DNA of 64,000 bases. Origin: Cycas panzhihuaensis. Its lineage: Eukaryota > Plantae > Cycadophyta. The notes under the pieces are model-generated. The model had not been told where the DNA came from, did not search any database, and worked only from the letters and a program-made list of their open reading frames with translations. Shown here piece after piece: positions 13,157 through 28,059 of this stretch. The stretch spans positions 181,791,741-181,855,740 of the forward strand of contig CM041465.1 of the NCBI GenBank assembly GCA_023213395.1, given 5' to 3'. Positions within the stretch are counted from its first letter, which is position 1; every line of letters begins with the position of its first letter. Position numbers and translations under genes: made by a program.

Positions 13157-15946
13157 TGTAGTATTCCAAAATATGGTCAAAGATATAACATATAATCATT
13201 CAAATCAAAGGTCTCTAAATGATGATTCTAATGGTTTAGACAAAAGTCAATTTAGACATCTTTATCAAAATTTATGACTATTTAAAGTTAGTGTGCAAGT
13301 TTTAGAGAAGTTCTGGCTAACTTTTATTTAAACAGTATTAAGGATAATATCACATAGTCTAGCTAACTTCTAATTGAAGTATTTTATCACTTTATCACTA
13401 TATATAGGAAGTTTGGGCTGCATCCCAAACCATTATTTAGAGGTTCTTTTGGTTGTATATTTTTTGATTTTAGGGCTATAATTAACTCGCCCATTTGGGG
13501 GCTATAGTTTGGAGGGTTCCTCACCTTAAAGAAGGAAGCTCATTTCTTCAGGAAAGACTAGTATTTTGTTATAATTTTGCTCTATTTTGGTATTATTTAA
13601 TAATAAAGATTATTATTTACTTTTGTGGATTTTGTAATTCTTATTCCATGTTAATTTTCTTATTGAATAATATCTAGTTATTATTTTTATGGATTATTAC
13701 TTATATTTTTGAGGAAAATAAATATAAAATTAGAACTAGATCACTGCAAGTGGTATTAGAGCTTTATTTTGAAGGGAAAAGGCAGAGATAAAAGCTCAAA
13801 AAGGTTGATTCAATATTAAAACATATTATAAGGTGATTCATGCTACTTTTCTTTGATGATATCCTGATGTATAACAAAATATAGGAAGAATACTTGGAAC
13901 AACTAAAGCCTAAGGGAAAAAATGGAGACAGATTTTTTAAATTTGGAGGATTATGAGGACATGAAAAAATAGATAGAAGATTTTAAATTCATATTTGATA
14001 TAGAATTTGAAGAGTATGGACCAATATTAGAAATGATATTGAATGGATAAGCTTATGAGTGGTTCATTAATTAGGTCAAAGAACCTTTTCTATGGTACCG
14101 GTTTTTAGAGGCAGCTACCATATATTTTAAGAAACATAAGCAGGGTGAGATTCAAGAAGATGAGAAAAGGTAAGAAGAAGACATTAGTAATGAGGAGATC
14201 CTAAAGGTTTTAGAAGAGCTAGAATGAGATCTAGCGTAGAAAAAATAATATAATGATATAGAAGACCCAAAGTAGGTATAAGCAACAAAAGAGTCTCATT
14301 TCAATATTAGAGAGGAAATCTAAAGTAAAGTTACATAGGAGTAGAATGAAGATAATAAGGAACAAGCAGATTTTTCTCAATAAATTTCATGCAAAGTACC
14401 CACTGATCCTATATTACACATACACATTTTATTCGATAGTTTTATATGTCCCCTCTCTTTCCCTAGTTCAATAGCAATACAAAATCCTTTTTCTCCTTTA
14501 CCCATAGTTAACCATGCTCTTAATTCCCCTACCTTTAGTTTTTTCGTAGGTTAAATTTTAATTTCCCTTAGTAACCCTAGCTCATCTCTATACTCATCTA
14601 CTCCTTTACCCCCTACAAACCTTTCTTAAGAGGATATACTATAACTTCAATGTGTTCATTAAGTCTTATCTCTTAGTATTAGCCCTTACAAAACTATATT
14701 CAACTTTTCCCAAACCTCCTCAATTCCATATTATCAATATCATATTTTTTTATTAAATCTTTCCTTTTATTTTGAGTACCAATTTTAAAACCCTATTAAA
14801 GTTTTTTTTTCTATAAAGAGCTTCTATCACGAATTCCCCATCCATCTTTTTCTCCTAAAAGGTCTTATGGTCAAATAAAACTTATATAAACTTTCATCAA
14901 CATCCAAGATATATTCCAAAATTTATCCCTTCTTTCTATAGCTTCTGAGCTATTCTTAATCTTGATTTATTCCCCCTTTTCTTTTTCTCATAATAGGCAA
15001 TCATCAATACATGACCCTCACAACTAATACTTTTCTCAAAGCCTTCATGTCTTTTTCCAAAATTCATCCCATTCAGAAACAAAAGGTGTAAATGCAAGGC
15101 AAGACCAAGACAAGTTAATTGAGATCCGTCATAAGTCCCAAGATCCTTCTAATTCAGAATAAGACATAACATGTACCAGGTCCTAAGAATAAACATTGAT
15201 AAATACAAGATACCTACTAACAAAGCTCCATAGAAGATGCAAGATTGAACCAAATCTTCATGACCTATAGGATCTAGTAGGAGGTGATTGGAAGATTAGA
15301 CTGAGCTATAAATATTTCTCAATACTTCGAGGGTAAAGTACTATTTTAAGGGGAGGAGAATTGTAGCATTCCAAAATATGGTTAAAGGTATAGTATATGA
15401 CCATTCAAGTCAAAGGTCTCTAAATGATGATTCCAATAGTTTAGATAGAAGTCAATTATGACATCTTTATCAAAAGTTATAACCATTTAAAGTTAGCCTA
15501 CCTATTTTTAAAAAGTTTTGGATGACTTCTATTTAAGCAGTATTAAGGATAATATCACCCAGTCTGGCTGACTTCTAATTAAACTATTTTGATCACTATA
15601 TATAGGAAGTTTGGGCTACATCACAAACCATCATTCAGAGGTTCTTTTGGCTGCATATTTTTTAGTTCTAAGGATGTAATTATTTTGCATATTTAGAGGC
15701 TACAGTTTGGAGGGTTCCTTGCCTTGAAGAGAGAAGCTTATGTCTTTAGGAAAGACTGGTATTTTATTATAATTTTACTCTATTTTAGAATTATTTGATA
15801 ATAAAGATTGTTATTTACTTCTATGGATTCTATATTTCTTGTTCCATGCTTATTTTCTTATTGATTAGTATCTAGTTATTGTTTTTGTGGATTATTACCT
15901 TTTTTTTAAAGGAAAATTGCTATAAAAGTAGAACTAGATCGCTATA
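13157..15946 (+). mobile_element. Non-autonomous gypsy-derived LTR element G (~590-bp LTRs, ~1.6-kb interior)
   Basis: LTRs at 13157-13748 and 15362-15946 are clearly colinear. PBS tggtattagagc at 13751-13762, PPT aaggggaggagaa at ~15348-15360, TSD gtcta/gtttg. Confidence 0.92.
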
Positions 15947-16119
15947 GTTTGACACATGTCATTCATTTCCATGTTAGTTATAATTCATAAATTGTATATA
16001 TATGTACTCAAATCTCTCATAATATAATCATCAGAGTTTCTAATATCACTTATTCTTTATTTCTTCAAATAGTGCCTAAGAAAGGTGGAGTTATATTATA
16101 GGTCGTCCCCTCTAAGATA

Positions 16120-19100
16120 TTAAGTCCTAGTAGTGTTAGAGATGAGGATGTTACTTGATGAATTTGTCAAATTTCCAAGTTACTTTATCTACATCACAAT
16201 TAACCGACTATACCAAGTGCTAAAAGATAGTATGATTCCAAAGGTAGTACTAGTAGTTGGCAAGGATTTTATTAGGTGGGATTATAAGAGTTTTCTCCTT
16301 AAAGAGAATGGGTAAGGTGGTGTGGGGTATAAATTTAGCTCTGATGTGTTTTTTTAGGTAAGAAACATAGAAAACGTTATGGATATTAGTGTTTGGGGGG
16401 AGTTCAAGAGTATAAGTAATGCCATTGATTTTGTGGAGAACTTTCTAAGGGCCATATTAATGGGGACTTAGTTTATGCCCTTGATGTGACTTAAGAGATT
16501 ATTCCTTATAATGTTGGAGGTAGAGGAATACTATATCTCTATAGTTAAAGGACTAATCATATTGGTGGCAGTTAGCAAGTTACTATATTCTATTTTAGGT
16601 AGTGGCTAGATTCTATTAAAGGGTATAGATGATTTGGTCCATCTCTTAAAGCTTTTGTTGTATAGAAGTCTTTCAAAAGTTTATGGCTAAGGTATGGTGG
16701 AAAGAGGGGTGGTAATCATATAGGGCCAAAAAGGATAACATATCAATGGTAGAATGGTGAGAGGAGTTATACCAATACTCCACTAGGGAGAGCCATGAGG
16801 TCCAATTAACTTGGTTTTTTAAGGCAAAGCAACGTAGATAGGTTTCTAGGGTTTTGTTCAAGACCTTAAATTAGATATTTATTTATGGGTTATGGGTAAA
16901 ACTCATGCCAAATGAGGTACTGATAGACTTAAAGAGTTCTTGATAAAAGGAGCTAGTAAACTTGGGGTCTTGGTCATAAACAATAGATGAAGGGAATCCA
17001 TGAAGGTGAAATATGAATTAGACATAAAGATCAGTAAGACTGGAGGATGTATATGAGGCATGAATAGGGAGAAAGTATGAGTATTTAGTTAATTGATCAA
17101 TGATTAGCTAAATGGAGTCAAACCCAATAGATAGAGGTAAGCCCATGGTAATATCTTGCCACTTACCTTGTGGAATATTTAATAGTTAGAGAAGTCTAAG
17201 AAGAGCTTTGGTATTAACTTTATTTTCCAACACATGTCACATTCTAATACAAACATGAATATGGTATTCTTTATTTAGGGCTAAAAGAAATCTATATAGA
17301 TTCATCAATAAGTTTTATCAAACCCTAAGTGGCTACCGAGGGGAGAAGAGTGGCATTCTATTAGGATTCTAAGTATGAATGAGGAGGATAGGTGGACAAA
17401 GATGTAATTTTGATAGAGTATATGATTAATAAAGGTTAACCAACCTTTGTGGGTGAAAACATTTTTACTCTAGTTAGGGTAGTCAGGTTGGGCCTAGCTT
17501 TTAACCTATAACTCATCAAGCCAAAGGAGTTAGGAATTGCTTATGGCATGAAGGTTGAGGTTAAGAGTACTATCATTAGGGTGGAGACATAAAAGGGTAT
17601 CTATAACTTTATTATCTTTGTCTTTTTTATATAATATTATGAAGTCAAAGACTTGTAGATAATAAACCCACTTAACTTGTTCTTTAGATAAGACTGGCCA
17701 ATCCAATTGATTATAGAGGCTAAAATAATCCATAAGAATAGTGAATTTAGAGCCTAAGAGGTATTGTCACCATGTATGAATAATGTGAAGTATAACTTTT
17801 ATCTCCTTCTAGTATGTGGAGAGATAGGGCTCATGATCTTTTAATTTTTAGCTCTCAAATGCAATGGGATGAGAGTTTTACATTAGGACTATACCTAAGT
17901 AGAATCCTAAGGCATCACATTCAAGTTAGAAAGGCTGGTTAAAATTGAGAGTGATGGGGACTATAGTAGAGGTCATTATAACCTTGAGGTGAGAAATAAT
18001 AGCATTAGCTTCTGGAGACCATTAGAAAGTATCTTTATGAAGGATATTAGTTAGGGGGGTCGTGAGAGTAGTGTAGTTACGTACAAAACATCAATAGAAT
18101 CCTATAAGCCTAAGGAATGCACATAGTTGGGTAAAGGTGGTAGATGTTGGCCAAGTTATGATGACAAATATTTTATTGAGGTCCATGCATACCCCTTATG
18201 ATGATATAATATACCCTAAGTATTTGAGTCCAGATTGCCCAAACTCACACTTAGATAATTTCACATAGAGTTAGTGGTTTTGTAATATTTGAAGAATTTC
18301 TAGGTGTTGGATGTGATGGTCTAAATAGATACTATAAATAAGAATATCATTAAATAAGACTATGATGAATTTTCAAAGATAGGGGCCAAACATTTTATTC
18401 ATAAGAGTTTAGAAAGTTGCTAGGGCATTGCAAAAGATGAAGGGCATTGCATGAAACTCAAAATAGCTATGATATATTTGAAATACTATCTTATGGAAAT
18501 CTTTTTGGGTAATTAGGATTTGATAGTAACCAGATTGAAGATCTAACTTAGAAAAAATAGTCACACCATGGATTTCATCTAACATGTCATTTATGCGAGG
18601 GGTGAAGAACTTATTTTTTATGGTAATTTTATTTAGTTCCTTATAATTAACATAGAGGAAGAAAGAACCATCCTTCTTTTTGACTAAGATGATTAGAACT
18701 ACATAAGGGATTTTACTTAGTTAAATTATACCCATGTCCATAAGCTCGGTTGTGAGTTTCTTAATTTCATTCTTTTGAAAGTATGAGTTAGAGTAGGGTC
18801 TCAAGTTGATAGGGTCATGATTAAATTAGAGGCTGATTATGTGATAGAAGCAACGATCAGATGGGATAATGGAAGGCAGAGAGGTAAATACTTACTCGTA
18901 TTGGGTAATGATGTCTTGGATGCATGGGTGAATTTGCACTTTGATTTGAATATTATTGAGGTAGACTATATATCTTGGTGAGATTGAAGATGGTGTTTCA
19001 TGTGTCCTAAAGAGACCACTTAGTTAGGAGGGGATTGCATCCTATAAATTTTGTGATTTTAAACCATTCGGTCTTTGAAAGTAATGAATAGGTTAGTAGG

Positions 19101-20350
19101 TGAGTTATTCATAATATAAGTTCTTAGGGTTTGCAACCATTGAATCCTTAATATAATATTAGACACTCCTATTAATAAGGTATAGAAATCTGACACTAAA
19201 ATATAGGAGCTAGTTTAGACTTAGAGGCTTTTAATGACACAGGCACAATGGAACTTTTGGTACCATGGCAGAGAATAGGTGAAGCTAATTTTTGGTACTA
19301 TATATAGGTTAAGTTTCCAAGCTATAGAGATATCAAGGAAATTGAGTGACATACCTCCATTGATTAGGATAGACATTAGAGTCTTCTGAAGAATGCCTTT
19401 AATACAAAGGGATTTGAGATAAGAGGAGGTGGTGACAATAGATAAGGATACTTTGGGATGAGGGTCTAGGGAGGGTTCATCACAGATTTCATCTCCAGCC
19501 TCATGTTCAAAGTTAGAGTTAAAGGATTCAACGAGGGCTAAGGATGAGTTAATAGAAAAATCCATGTGTCGTACCTTACAAAAATGGCCATGCTCGGAAG
19601 TCCACTTTTTTACACGCTACATATAGAGGTCGGCCCCTAGTTAAAATTGTGCTTCATCTTGAAAAGTTTAGACTGTTTTAGTGGATGAGTTATCATTCAG
19701 TTAGTTAGTAGATAGGTGAGTGGGATCATCCTATCATAGTCTAGGATGTGCAAAGTTCAATTGAGGATGGACAACATCATCAAATCGAGGCCAAAATTTC
19801 TAGAAGTTTGACTGTTAAGCACATGAGAACTAAGGGTTATCCCAATGAGTAGATGAAGGTATATCTGCTATAAATTTAGCATCTACTACTTGAGCCTAAT
19901 TGAATGCTTCATTGAGAGAGTAGATTGCCATTGTCTTTATTATCATTTGAATATGATCTTGGAGTCCAACCACATAAATATCAATTACTATTTATTTGTC
20001 TAAGTTTTGGCTTTGTGGTAAGCAATTGTATAAAGATTAAAATTCATCAGTATAGGCCTCCACTGTTGTAGTCCATTTAAGCTAAGTAAGTTATGTGAAG
20101 GAATAATTCATGAAGTGGGACCATGTTAGGTAAGAGGAATATTCTCATTTCCACCAGTTGAACTAATGGTGGGCTCATCCATCTAAGTGAATGGAGGCAT
20201 ATAGGAGTTCATTCTCCTCTGACATCAGGTGGAGCATGAAGTAAGGTTCTAACTTTTTAATCCAACTTCAAGTACGCTCTTTATTCACATCTAGATGAAA
20301 GGTAGGAATGCTAATTTTATAATGAAAAAATGGGCTACCTTGATAGATAA
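16120..20350 (-). pseudogene. Chromovirus gag-pol of element D, including a chromodomain remnant
   Basis: ORF fragments SILINGGMSLNFLD (PR), QVKWVYYLQVFDFIILYKK (RH), NKTLETYLRCF..WLSLVEYWYNSSHHSTI (IN) and IHNVFYVSYLKK..HLV*SVNCDVDKVTWK (IN end/chromodomain). RT lies at ~18050-18850. Confidence 0.9.
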
Positions 20351-20742
20351 TCTCCTGTAGGTGCATTGATTCCTTGAAAAATGGGAGGTTGGTTTCTTGT
20401 CATATTAGTAGTTCCTATGCTTTAGAGTTAAGGTTGCAACAACTATTGGATTTGTGCAAGAATATCTCCTTTGGTGCTGTTAACATCTAATTTAGTAGGT
20501 ATGCCATCAAATTTATTATTGACCTCTTGCTTGAAGGTGTTTAATTTATTGGTTAACTCAATAATTTTCTCTCCTTGTGTTTTTGTCTTTAGAGCTATAG
20601 AATGGACTTAAAGAAGAGAGAATGAGTAGAAAGAAGAGAAGTAGATGAAGTAGGATAGATCAAGAAAGAATGAGATGTAAGAATGAGAGAGTTATTATAG
20701 GGGAGAGAAGGGGGTAAATATGGGTATGTGGGGTATCTATAG

Positions 20743-23700
20743 TGTTGCCTTCTAGGAAAACACTCTCTTTAGGGGCCCTTTAGCTAACTTAAACCCCTAG
20801 AAATGAGTGCAGGAATGGGAGTATTGGTTGACCTATAAGTCTACCCTCTAGCTGACTTCATTCATGATTTACTTATAATGAACTATCTTAGTTATGGCTG
20901 ACTTTAAGCTAGACATAATTTTCCATTATATATAGGGATCAAATCCTTAATTCTATCATCATCATTTTGGTTAGATCTCTTACTTATTTTTGGCTCTAGG
21001 GTTGTGGTTGGATCGACCTTTTAGCTTGAGATACTTGGAGGATCCCCATCTCAAAGGGAAAAACACTTAGTAAGGACATTCTATTATATATTTTTGAACT
21101 TTCTGGATAATATATTTACCTTTTATTTATACTATTTCCATTACTTTACTTTGGTGTTTAAGGTGTATTTCCAATATTCATCTTTATTTTGAGGCTGATA
21201 AGATTTGTATGAGCATAGATTAGATCAATATCTATGAATTTTTTGTGCCATTTCTAAGATAAGCTAAAAGTTTATGCTATAAGTGGTATTAGAGCTTCAT
21301 TAAAGCTATCTTGTGGAAGTGTACCTTCTAAAAATATAGTCAAAATTTTTTCTAGAGGGGGATCAAGACAATCTATTTACATTCACACAATTAGTCCTAC
21401 AAGGAAGGAAGGTGATATTTTGGTGAGAAGGAAGTGAAATTTTTTTTCCCTACTGAGAGGATCCCAAATGGAGTAATACTTTAAGAAGATTATATGCCAA
21501 AAGAAGATGTTAACTTCCCAAAGCCAATCCCACTGCAGATAAAGTAGAAAAGGAAATCCTAGTTTCTTTAGTAAACCTTATGGCCCTTATGAATAGAATT
21601 AACCTCAAGCTAGATGAACCATAAATAGAACCAATGTGGGCTAAATAGGAAAAGGAATAGATAAACCTAGACCCTTAAGGCAAAATAGAACAAGGAAATA
21701 TAGGTAATTTGAAAGGAAGATTTAAAATAGAAGGAGAATATCAAAGGAGAAAAAATAATGATGGGACAATAATGGCAAAGATCACCCTAGAAAAGATTGA
21801 CCTCAATAAATCAAGAGATATAAGAAAATGGATTTTACAGATGGAGATCTATTTCTTAGTCTATTCGATACTGGAAAATGAGCAAGTATCCCTGACATCA
21901 TTACATTTCTATGGTTAAACTTTGAAATGGTATTCATGATACCTTTGAATAAGTAGGAAACAAGTAGAAAGCTGGCACAACATAAAGCATGGACTTATAA
22001 CCTAATATGAAAACTATTTTGCCTAGTTGACAAGATTATAGTAAACAAGTTAAGTCTTAAGAGTTTATTAAATAATTTCAAGTGTTACAATATTTGATTT
22101 CATTAAGAGTGCCACCAGAACTCCTTCTGGAAATGTTTAATAGTAGATTGAAACCTCCAATAAGATATCATCTAAAAGCAATGGAGGTACCAACATTGGA
22201 CTCAACAATCAAGACAATAAGATGCATGGAAGTAGAATTGTGAGAGATTAGACATACATTCACACATAGAACAAAAAACTCGCAGGGATTTCTCCTAAAT
22301 TAGAACAAGTCTAGAACTAAAGTTGAGGCTTCATTAGTGGTTAGAAATGATCAAGAGATAATAATAAAGGAAGAACATATGAAGAAAGGAACTTATTTCA
22401 AATATGGTTTGAAGTGGAATCATGAACATCAATGTACTAGGAAAAAGGTATACGTAATTAATATTGAAGACATAACAATATTAGAGCAAGAAGAAGAAGC
22501 ACCCAAAGAAATTCACGAAGAAGATGAGGAAAAGCTAAAAGAAGATGAACTGTTGGAGCTAGATACAGAAAATATACATATATCACTACAAGGGATTATA
22601 AGACAGAGTGTCACCCCATAAATACTCTAGTTCCAAGGGATGATTAAAGGGGCACGTATTGCAATACTAGTCGATAGTGGCAATACACACAACTTTATAA
22701 ACAGGGCAACTGCAAAGAATCTTAGAATTAAAATAGAACCAATAAACACATTCCAAGTATCAATCACAAATGGAAAAATAACACCATGTGGAGGGTTCTA
22801 TAGAAAATTTAATTTACAAATGGGTGAATATTCTGTAAACATATGCATGTTTATAATACAAATTGATGGCGTGGATGAATTATTGGGAATTCAGTGGCTT
22901 CAAACTCTAGGTAATGTGGTCACTAATTATATGACTATATTTATGTGCTTTTACCAAAAAGGACATAGATACAGATTGCAGACATTGAAAACACCACTAT
23001 TACAACTAGTTTCATCACACTAAATGGAGAAACTGCTAAAAAAAACCCATCAACATATATTATAATATACTATAAGGTCAAATTGAGGATATTCTGCTAG
23101 AGGTTAAATAAATTATAGAAAAGTACAAGATAATATTTGATGAATCAAAGGACTACCACTTCTTCGACAAAATTAACATATAATTAAACTTGTACTAGGT
23201 GTAATGTCTGCCAATATTCAACCCTATAGGCACATATAATTTATAGAAAGAAATTGAGAAAATCACAAGGGAACTAGTATACCAAGGAAGTATTACTACC
23301 AACACAAGCCCTTTTGCATCTCCAATTGTTATTATCCCAAAGAAAGATGACTTGTGTGTAGACTATTAAGGTCTCAATCAACTAACAGTTAAGGACATGT
23401 ATCCAATCCCATGTATTGATGATTTATTGTAAGAAATCCTTAGAGCAAAGTACTTTTTAAATTTTGACTTACGCTTAGGATATCACCAAATCTAGATAAG
23501 AGAAGAAGACATGTATAAGACAACATTTAAAATGCATAAAGGCCTATTCAAATTTAGGGTAATATTGTTTGGATTAACAAATGCACTGAAAAATTTTCAC
23601 ATCACCATGAATGATACCTTTAGATAATTGTTACACAAATTTTGTATTAAATTTGTTCGATGATCTCTTAATCTACAACAAAATATGGGAGGAGTATCTA

Positions 23701-26482
23701 GAACATCTAAGGGTTATTTTTGAAATTCTATGTGATAATCAATTCTTTGCCAACAGGAAGAAATAGTCATTTGCTAAGGAAGAACTAAAATACTTAGGCC
23801 ACATCATAACTAGAGAAGGCATAAGGATTGATCCAAAGAAGATATAAGCAAATGTCAATTGGCCAATCCCAACAAGTGTTACAATAGTTTAAGGGTTCTT
23901 GTAGATAATAGGATTTATTCGGAAGTTCATAAAGGGTTATGCACACGTAGTAATCCCACTCATAGACTTAACTAAGAAAGATGTGTTTGCTTTAAACCTA
24001 AAAGTAGAAGAAGTATTTGGTGATATTAAGAAAGCCATGGTAACAACTCTAGTCTTAGCAACACCCAACTTTTCAAAACTATTCGTATTAGAGTGTGATG
24101 CATCATGATTTGGAATAGCGGTAATCTTACTCTAAGATGAATGACTAGTAGCTTATGAGAGTCAAAAGTTAAATAATAGAGAAAAACTCAAACCAGTTTA
24201 TGATAAGGAGATGCTCACAATCATGCACGCCATCTAGTAATGATGATAATATCTATTAGGGGATTTATTTTAAGTGCACATAGATCATAATAGTCTAAAA
24301 TACTTCCTCAAATAGAAGACATTATCTAATGAGCAACAAAAATGGGTTAGTAAATTATAGAATTTTAACTTCATAATAATATATAAGAAATGATAAGAAA
24401 ATATTATAGCATATGCATTATCATGAATCCTATATGAAACAAAGGAAGGTCCTTCATTGCAGTTGATCTCAACAATTATGGCCTCATGGTTAAAATCCAT
24501 CAAAACTAAATATATGGCAGATCCAAGATACCAAAAACTCTTGGACAATATTGAGGGAAGCAATTTAGATAGATACTATTAAAAGAGAAATCTAATTCTT
24601 AGGAATAATAAAATTTATATTTCTAAAAATTTTAAATTAAAAGGAATTATATTATAAGAAGCACATTCAGTCCTAGAAGTAGGCCATATTGGTATAGACA
24701 AGATATATTAGAAGATAAAAGCATCATACTTTTGGAAGGGCTTGAAATTAAATGTTTAAAATTTCATAATAGAATGCAATACTTATCAATGAATTAAGGT
24801 AGAATGTATAAAGACCCTAGGTTTTCTACAACCCCTACCAATTCCTAACCAAAAGTGGGAAGAAATTTCAATGGATTTTATTATAAGTCTCCTAAAATCA
24901 GAAGGTAAAGATGTTATCTTTGTCATGACCAATAGATTAATAAAATATAGTCATTTTCAAGGGCTATGGTCAATAACAAAGGCAATTGAGATTGTAGAAC
25001 TATATATGAAAGAAATCCATAGATTACACAGGTGTCTTAAAACTATTGTAAGTGAAAGAGACCCAAAATTCACTAGTAAATTTTGGAAGGACTTATTCAA
25101 AATTGTAGGAATGACATTGCACATAATTATAACTTATCATCCCGAAATGAATGGATACATGAGGATAGTCAACAAATGTCTAGAAGGCTATTTGAGGAAT
25201 TTCTAGTCAGATAAACAAAACTAGTGGTATAAGTGGTTGGACTTAGTCGAGTGGTGGTATAATATAACATACCACTCTTCCACTAAGATGACACATTTCA
25301 AAGCTCTTTACAGATACCAACCACTATCTCTATTAATATGCAATATATTATCATAGGTTCAGGGGGCTGTCTAGGAACCAAAAGTAGATGGAAGACACTA
25401 TTATAATTCTTAAGGATAAATTAGTGATGGCAAGGAACATAATGAAGAAACAAGTAAATGTATAATGATCTAAAAGAAGCTTCTAGAAGGATAATAGGGT
25501 TTTCCTCTAGTTATAACCATACAAATAGACATTATTAAGCAATATTAATACACAAAAGCTTGCTCCTCGATATTTTGGACCATATCAAGTACTTCATAGA
25601 ATTAGGGAAGTAGCTTATAAACTAAAGTTATAGACAACAAGCAAGATCCATAACACTTTTCATGTTTCCTTCCCAAAGAAAAAGATCAACGATAAAATAG
25701 TACCACAAACATCCTTACTAGAACTCAATGAAGAAGGAAAGATTATACTAGAACCAGAAGGGATACTCTAAATTTGAACCAAGCAACTTTAAACAAGATA
25801 AGTTAGAGAGTACCTCATAAAGTAGTAGATGTTAGATGCAGAAGATACAACATGGGAGTTAGACGAATGGATAGAATAATTTCTAAAACTACCAATGCTT
25901 TGTGGGTAAAGCATTTTTCCAAGGGGATGACTTATTAAGTTCTACGAAAATCCTCTCTTTAGGGGCATGTCAACTAACTTAAATGCCCAAAAATGAGCAT
26001 AAGAATAGAAGTATTGGCTAACTTGTAAGTCTATCTTCTCGTTGACTTTATTCATAGTTCACTTCTAGTGAACTATCCTAGTTATGGCTAACTTTAAGAT
26101 GGATATAATTTACCATTATATATAGGCATTAAAGCCTTCACTTAATCATCATCATTTTGGTTGGATCTCTTCCTTATTTTTGGCTCTAGGGCTATAATTG
26201 GATTAGCCTTTTAGCCTGAGATACTTAGAGGATTCTAACCTCGAAGGAAAAAGCACTTAGTAAGGATATTTTGTTGTATATTTTCATATTTTCTAGTATT
26301 AGTTTAGATAATATATTTACCTTTTAATTGTACTATTTCCATTACTTTACTCTAGTGTTTAAGTTATATTTCCAATATTCATCTTTATTTTGAGTTTGAT
26401 AAAATCTATATGAGTATATGTTAGATCAATATCTATGAATTTCTTGTGCCATTTCTAAGATAAGATAAAGGTTTCCACTATA
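20743..26482 (+). mobile_element. Full-length decayed chromovirus Ty3/gypsy element E
   Basis: LTRs at 20743-21281 and 25933-26482, PBS tggtattagagc at 21284-21295, PPT aaggggatga at 25921-25930. Flanked by atag on both sides. Confidence 0.93.
21700..25910 (+). pseudogene. gag-PR-RT-RH-IN-chromodomain of element E
   Basis: RKWILQMEIYF (gag), LVDSGNTHNFI (PR), FDLRLGYHQI and FDDLLIY (RT), LECDAS and YDKEMLTI (RH), MDFIISL..YHPEMNG (IN), EYLIK**MLDAEDTTWE (chromodomain). Confidence 0.93.
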
Positions 26483-28020
26483 ATAGCCTATTGACTTTCA
26501 AATTATATAAACAAGATATCTGACCAACTAGGAGGAGGGTGAAAAGCTCACCCAAATGGGATATATGAGATTTGAGGTGAGTTTAAGGTGACAGGGCCTA
26601 CTAGTAATGTAGGTACTAAAAAGTGTGGAAATTACTTGCATGAACTAACCTAGTGCAAAATGACCAACACAACATGCTAATCGAAATAAGGTATATGAGT
26701 TATAAGTGTAGTTTTCTTTTTCTTCTTTCCTTCTTCTTATTTTGTTTCTTAACTAGTAAGTTTGACTATGTTGAAAGGTTTTAAATTTAATCAATAAGTG
26801 ATTTTTTTTTTTTTTTAATGTGCTATGGCTTGAGATCTTAATCAAGAAATAGAGTAGGTGAAGTAGGGTGTAAGTGATCAAATATGTCCTACTAACCATT
26901 AGACAACATATATTTGGTCTTGTAGGCATGCCAATAAACTTCTAATGTAGAAGTTCAAGGTAGGTATCTTTATGGCACTAAACACTAACCATTGCATTAC
27001 AAGATTTTAGTAGTTAGTAGTTTGCCTATGCTAGAAAGAATTTGGGACCTATAAGAGTCCTTCTAAATATCCAAATATATATGGAGGCACAAATCTATAG
27101 CTAGGTTCTATTTAGGGCTTGGTTAAAGAGTGTTAACTCTAGTCCTTCATATAAGTGGTGGAAAAGCCATGATATGCTTAGCCAGAATGACAGATCCCTA
27201 TGATTTTTAAAGATCCCTAGTATAGGATCTCTACCTAACTACTTAGGTAGTTACCAAGTGAAGTCATCTACTTGGAAAAGAGGCATGGGAGGGAGAAATT
27301 ATAGCCACCACGTAGAGTTATCTATCCTTAGACTGATGACCTAGTATAAAAATTTAAAATAAATAAATTAAACTAAAAATGAGTGCAAACTAAAGTATTA
27401 GGTATTACCTAGAAGAAGAAATTCCCCTTCCCTTATGACCCCTAAGTTATGCTAGTTCTATTTCTTGATCTCCATAGATAGAGTATTAAGAGATAGTCTT
27501 TCCTCAATCTCTACTTGTGTAAAGAGAATACTTAATCTTTCAGATTTTTTTTTTAAATTTTCTTTGACCTGTTGAGCATCTTCCCATTATCACAAGTATG
27601 GCTCTAATACCACTTGGAGCATTTCCTCTAAGAAAATCAACCTTGTAGATACATACCAACAAAAGTAAAAGCTAAACTAACATGAGTATAGAAATAGATC
27701 ACAAACAAATTAAATAACAAAGGGAGTATTGAAGTACTTTCTCTTCAAAGATAATAATACTTAACAAGCATTATAAGTGATATTTGACCTTTTAAATAAA
27801 CATGCATTGATCTTCTTCCTTGTGATTCTATTGGTGACCCTAACAACCTTATATCTTATTATAAGGCTTAGAGGTCCATACATAAATCTTAATAATTAAC
27901 ATCAATCCTTAACCTTTTAGGGGCTCTTGCTTGCTAGTGCTTAGAGAAGGTAGGAGTTATATTACATAGTCATTAGTTGATTAAGTGTCTCTTGGAGCAT
28001 GATTGGATAAATAGGTGGTG

Positions 28021-28021
<1 letters not shown>

Positions 28022-28059
<38 letters not shown>

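Larger units (their letters stand above)
8268..16067 (+). mobile_element. Ty1/copia element F
   Basis: 5' LTR remnant ~8268-8332, PBS TGGTATCAGAGC at 8333-8344, PPT aaagagaggg at 13063-13072. 3' LTR is 13073-13156 + 15947-16067 (split by G). Confidence 0.9.
8070..27966 (-). mobile_element. Chromovirus-type Ty3/gypsy element D (minus strand)
   Basis: 5' LTR 27615-27966, PBS-Met (gctctaatacca on +) at 27601-27612, PPT at 16101-16116. The 3' LTR is split into 8070-~8260 and 16070-16100. TSD tagtt/tagtc. Confidence 0.88.
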
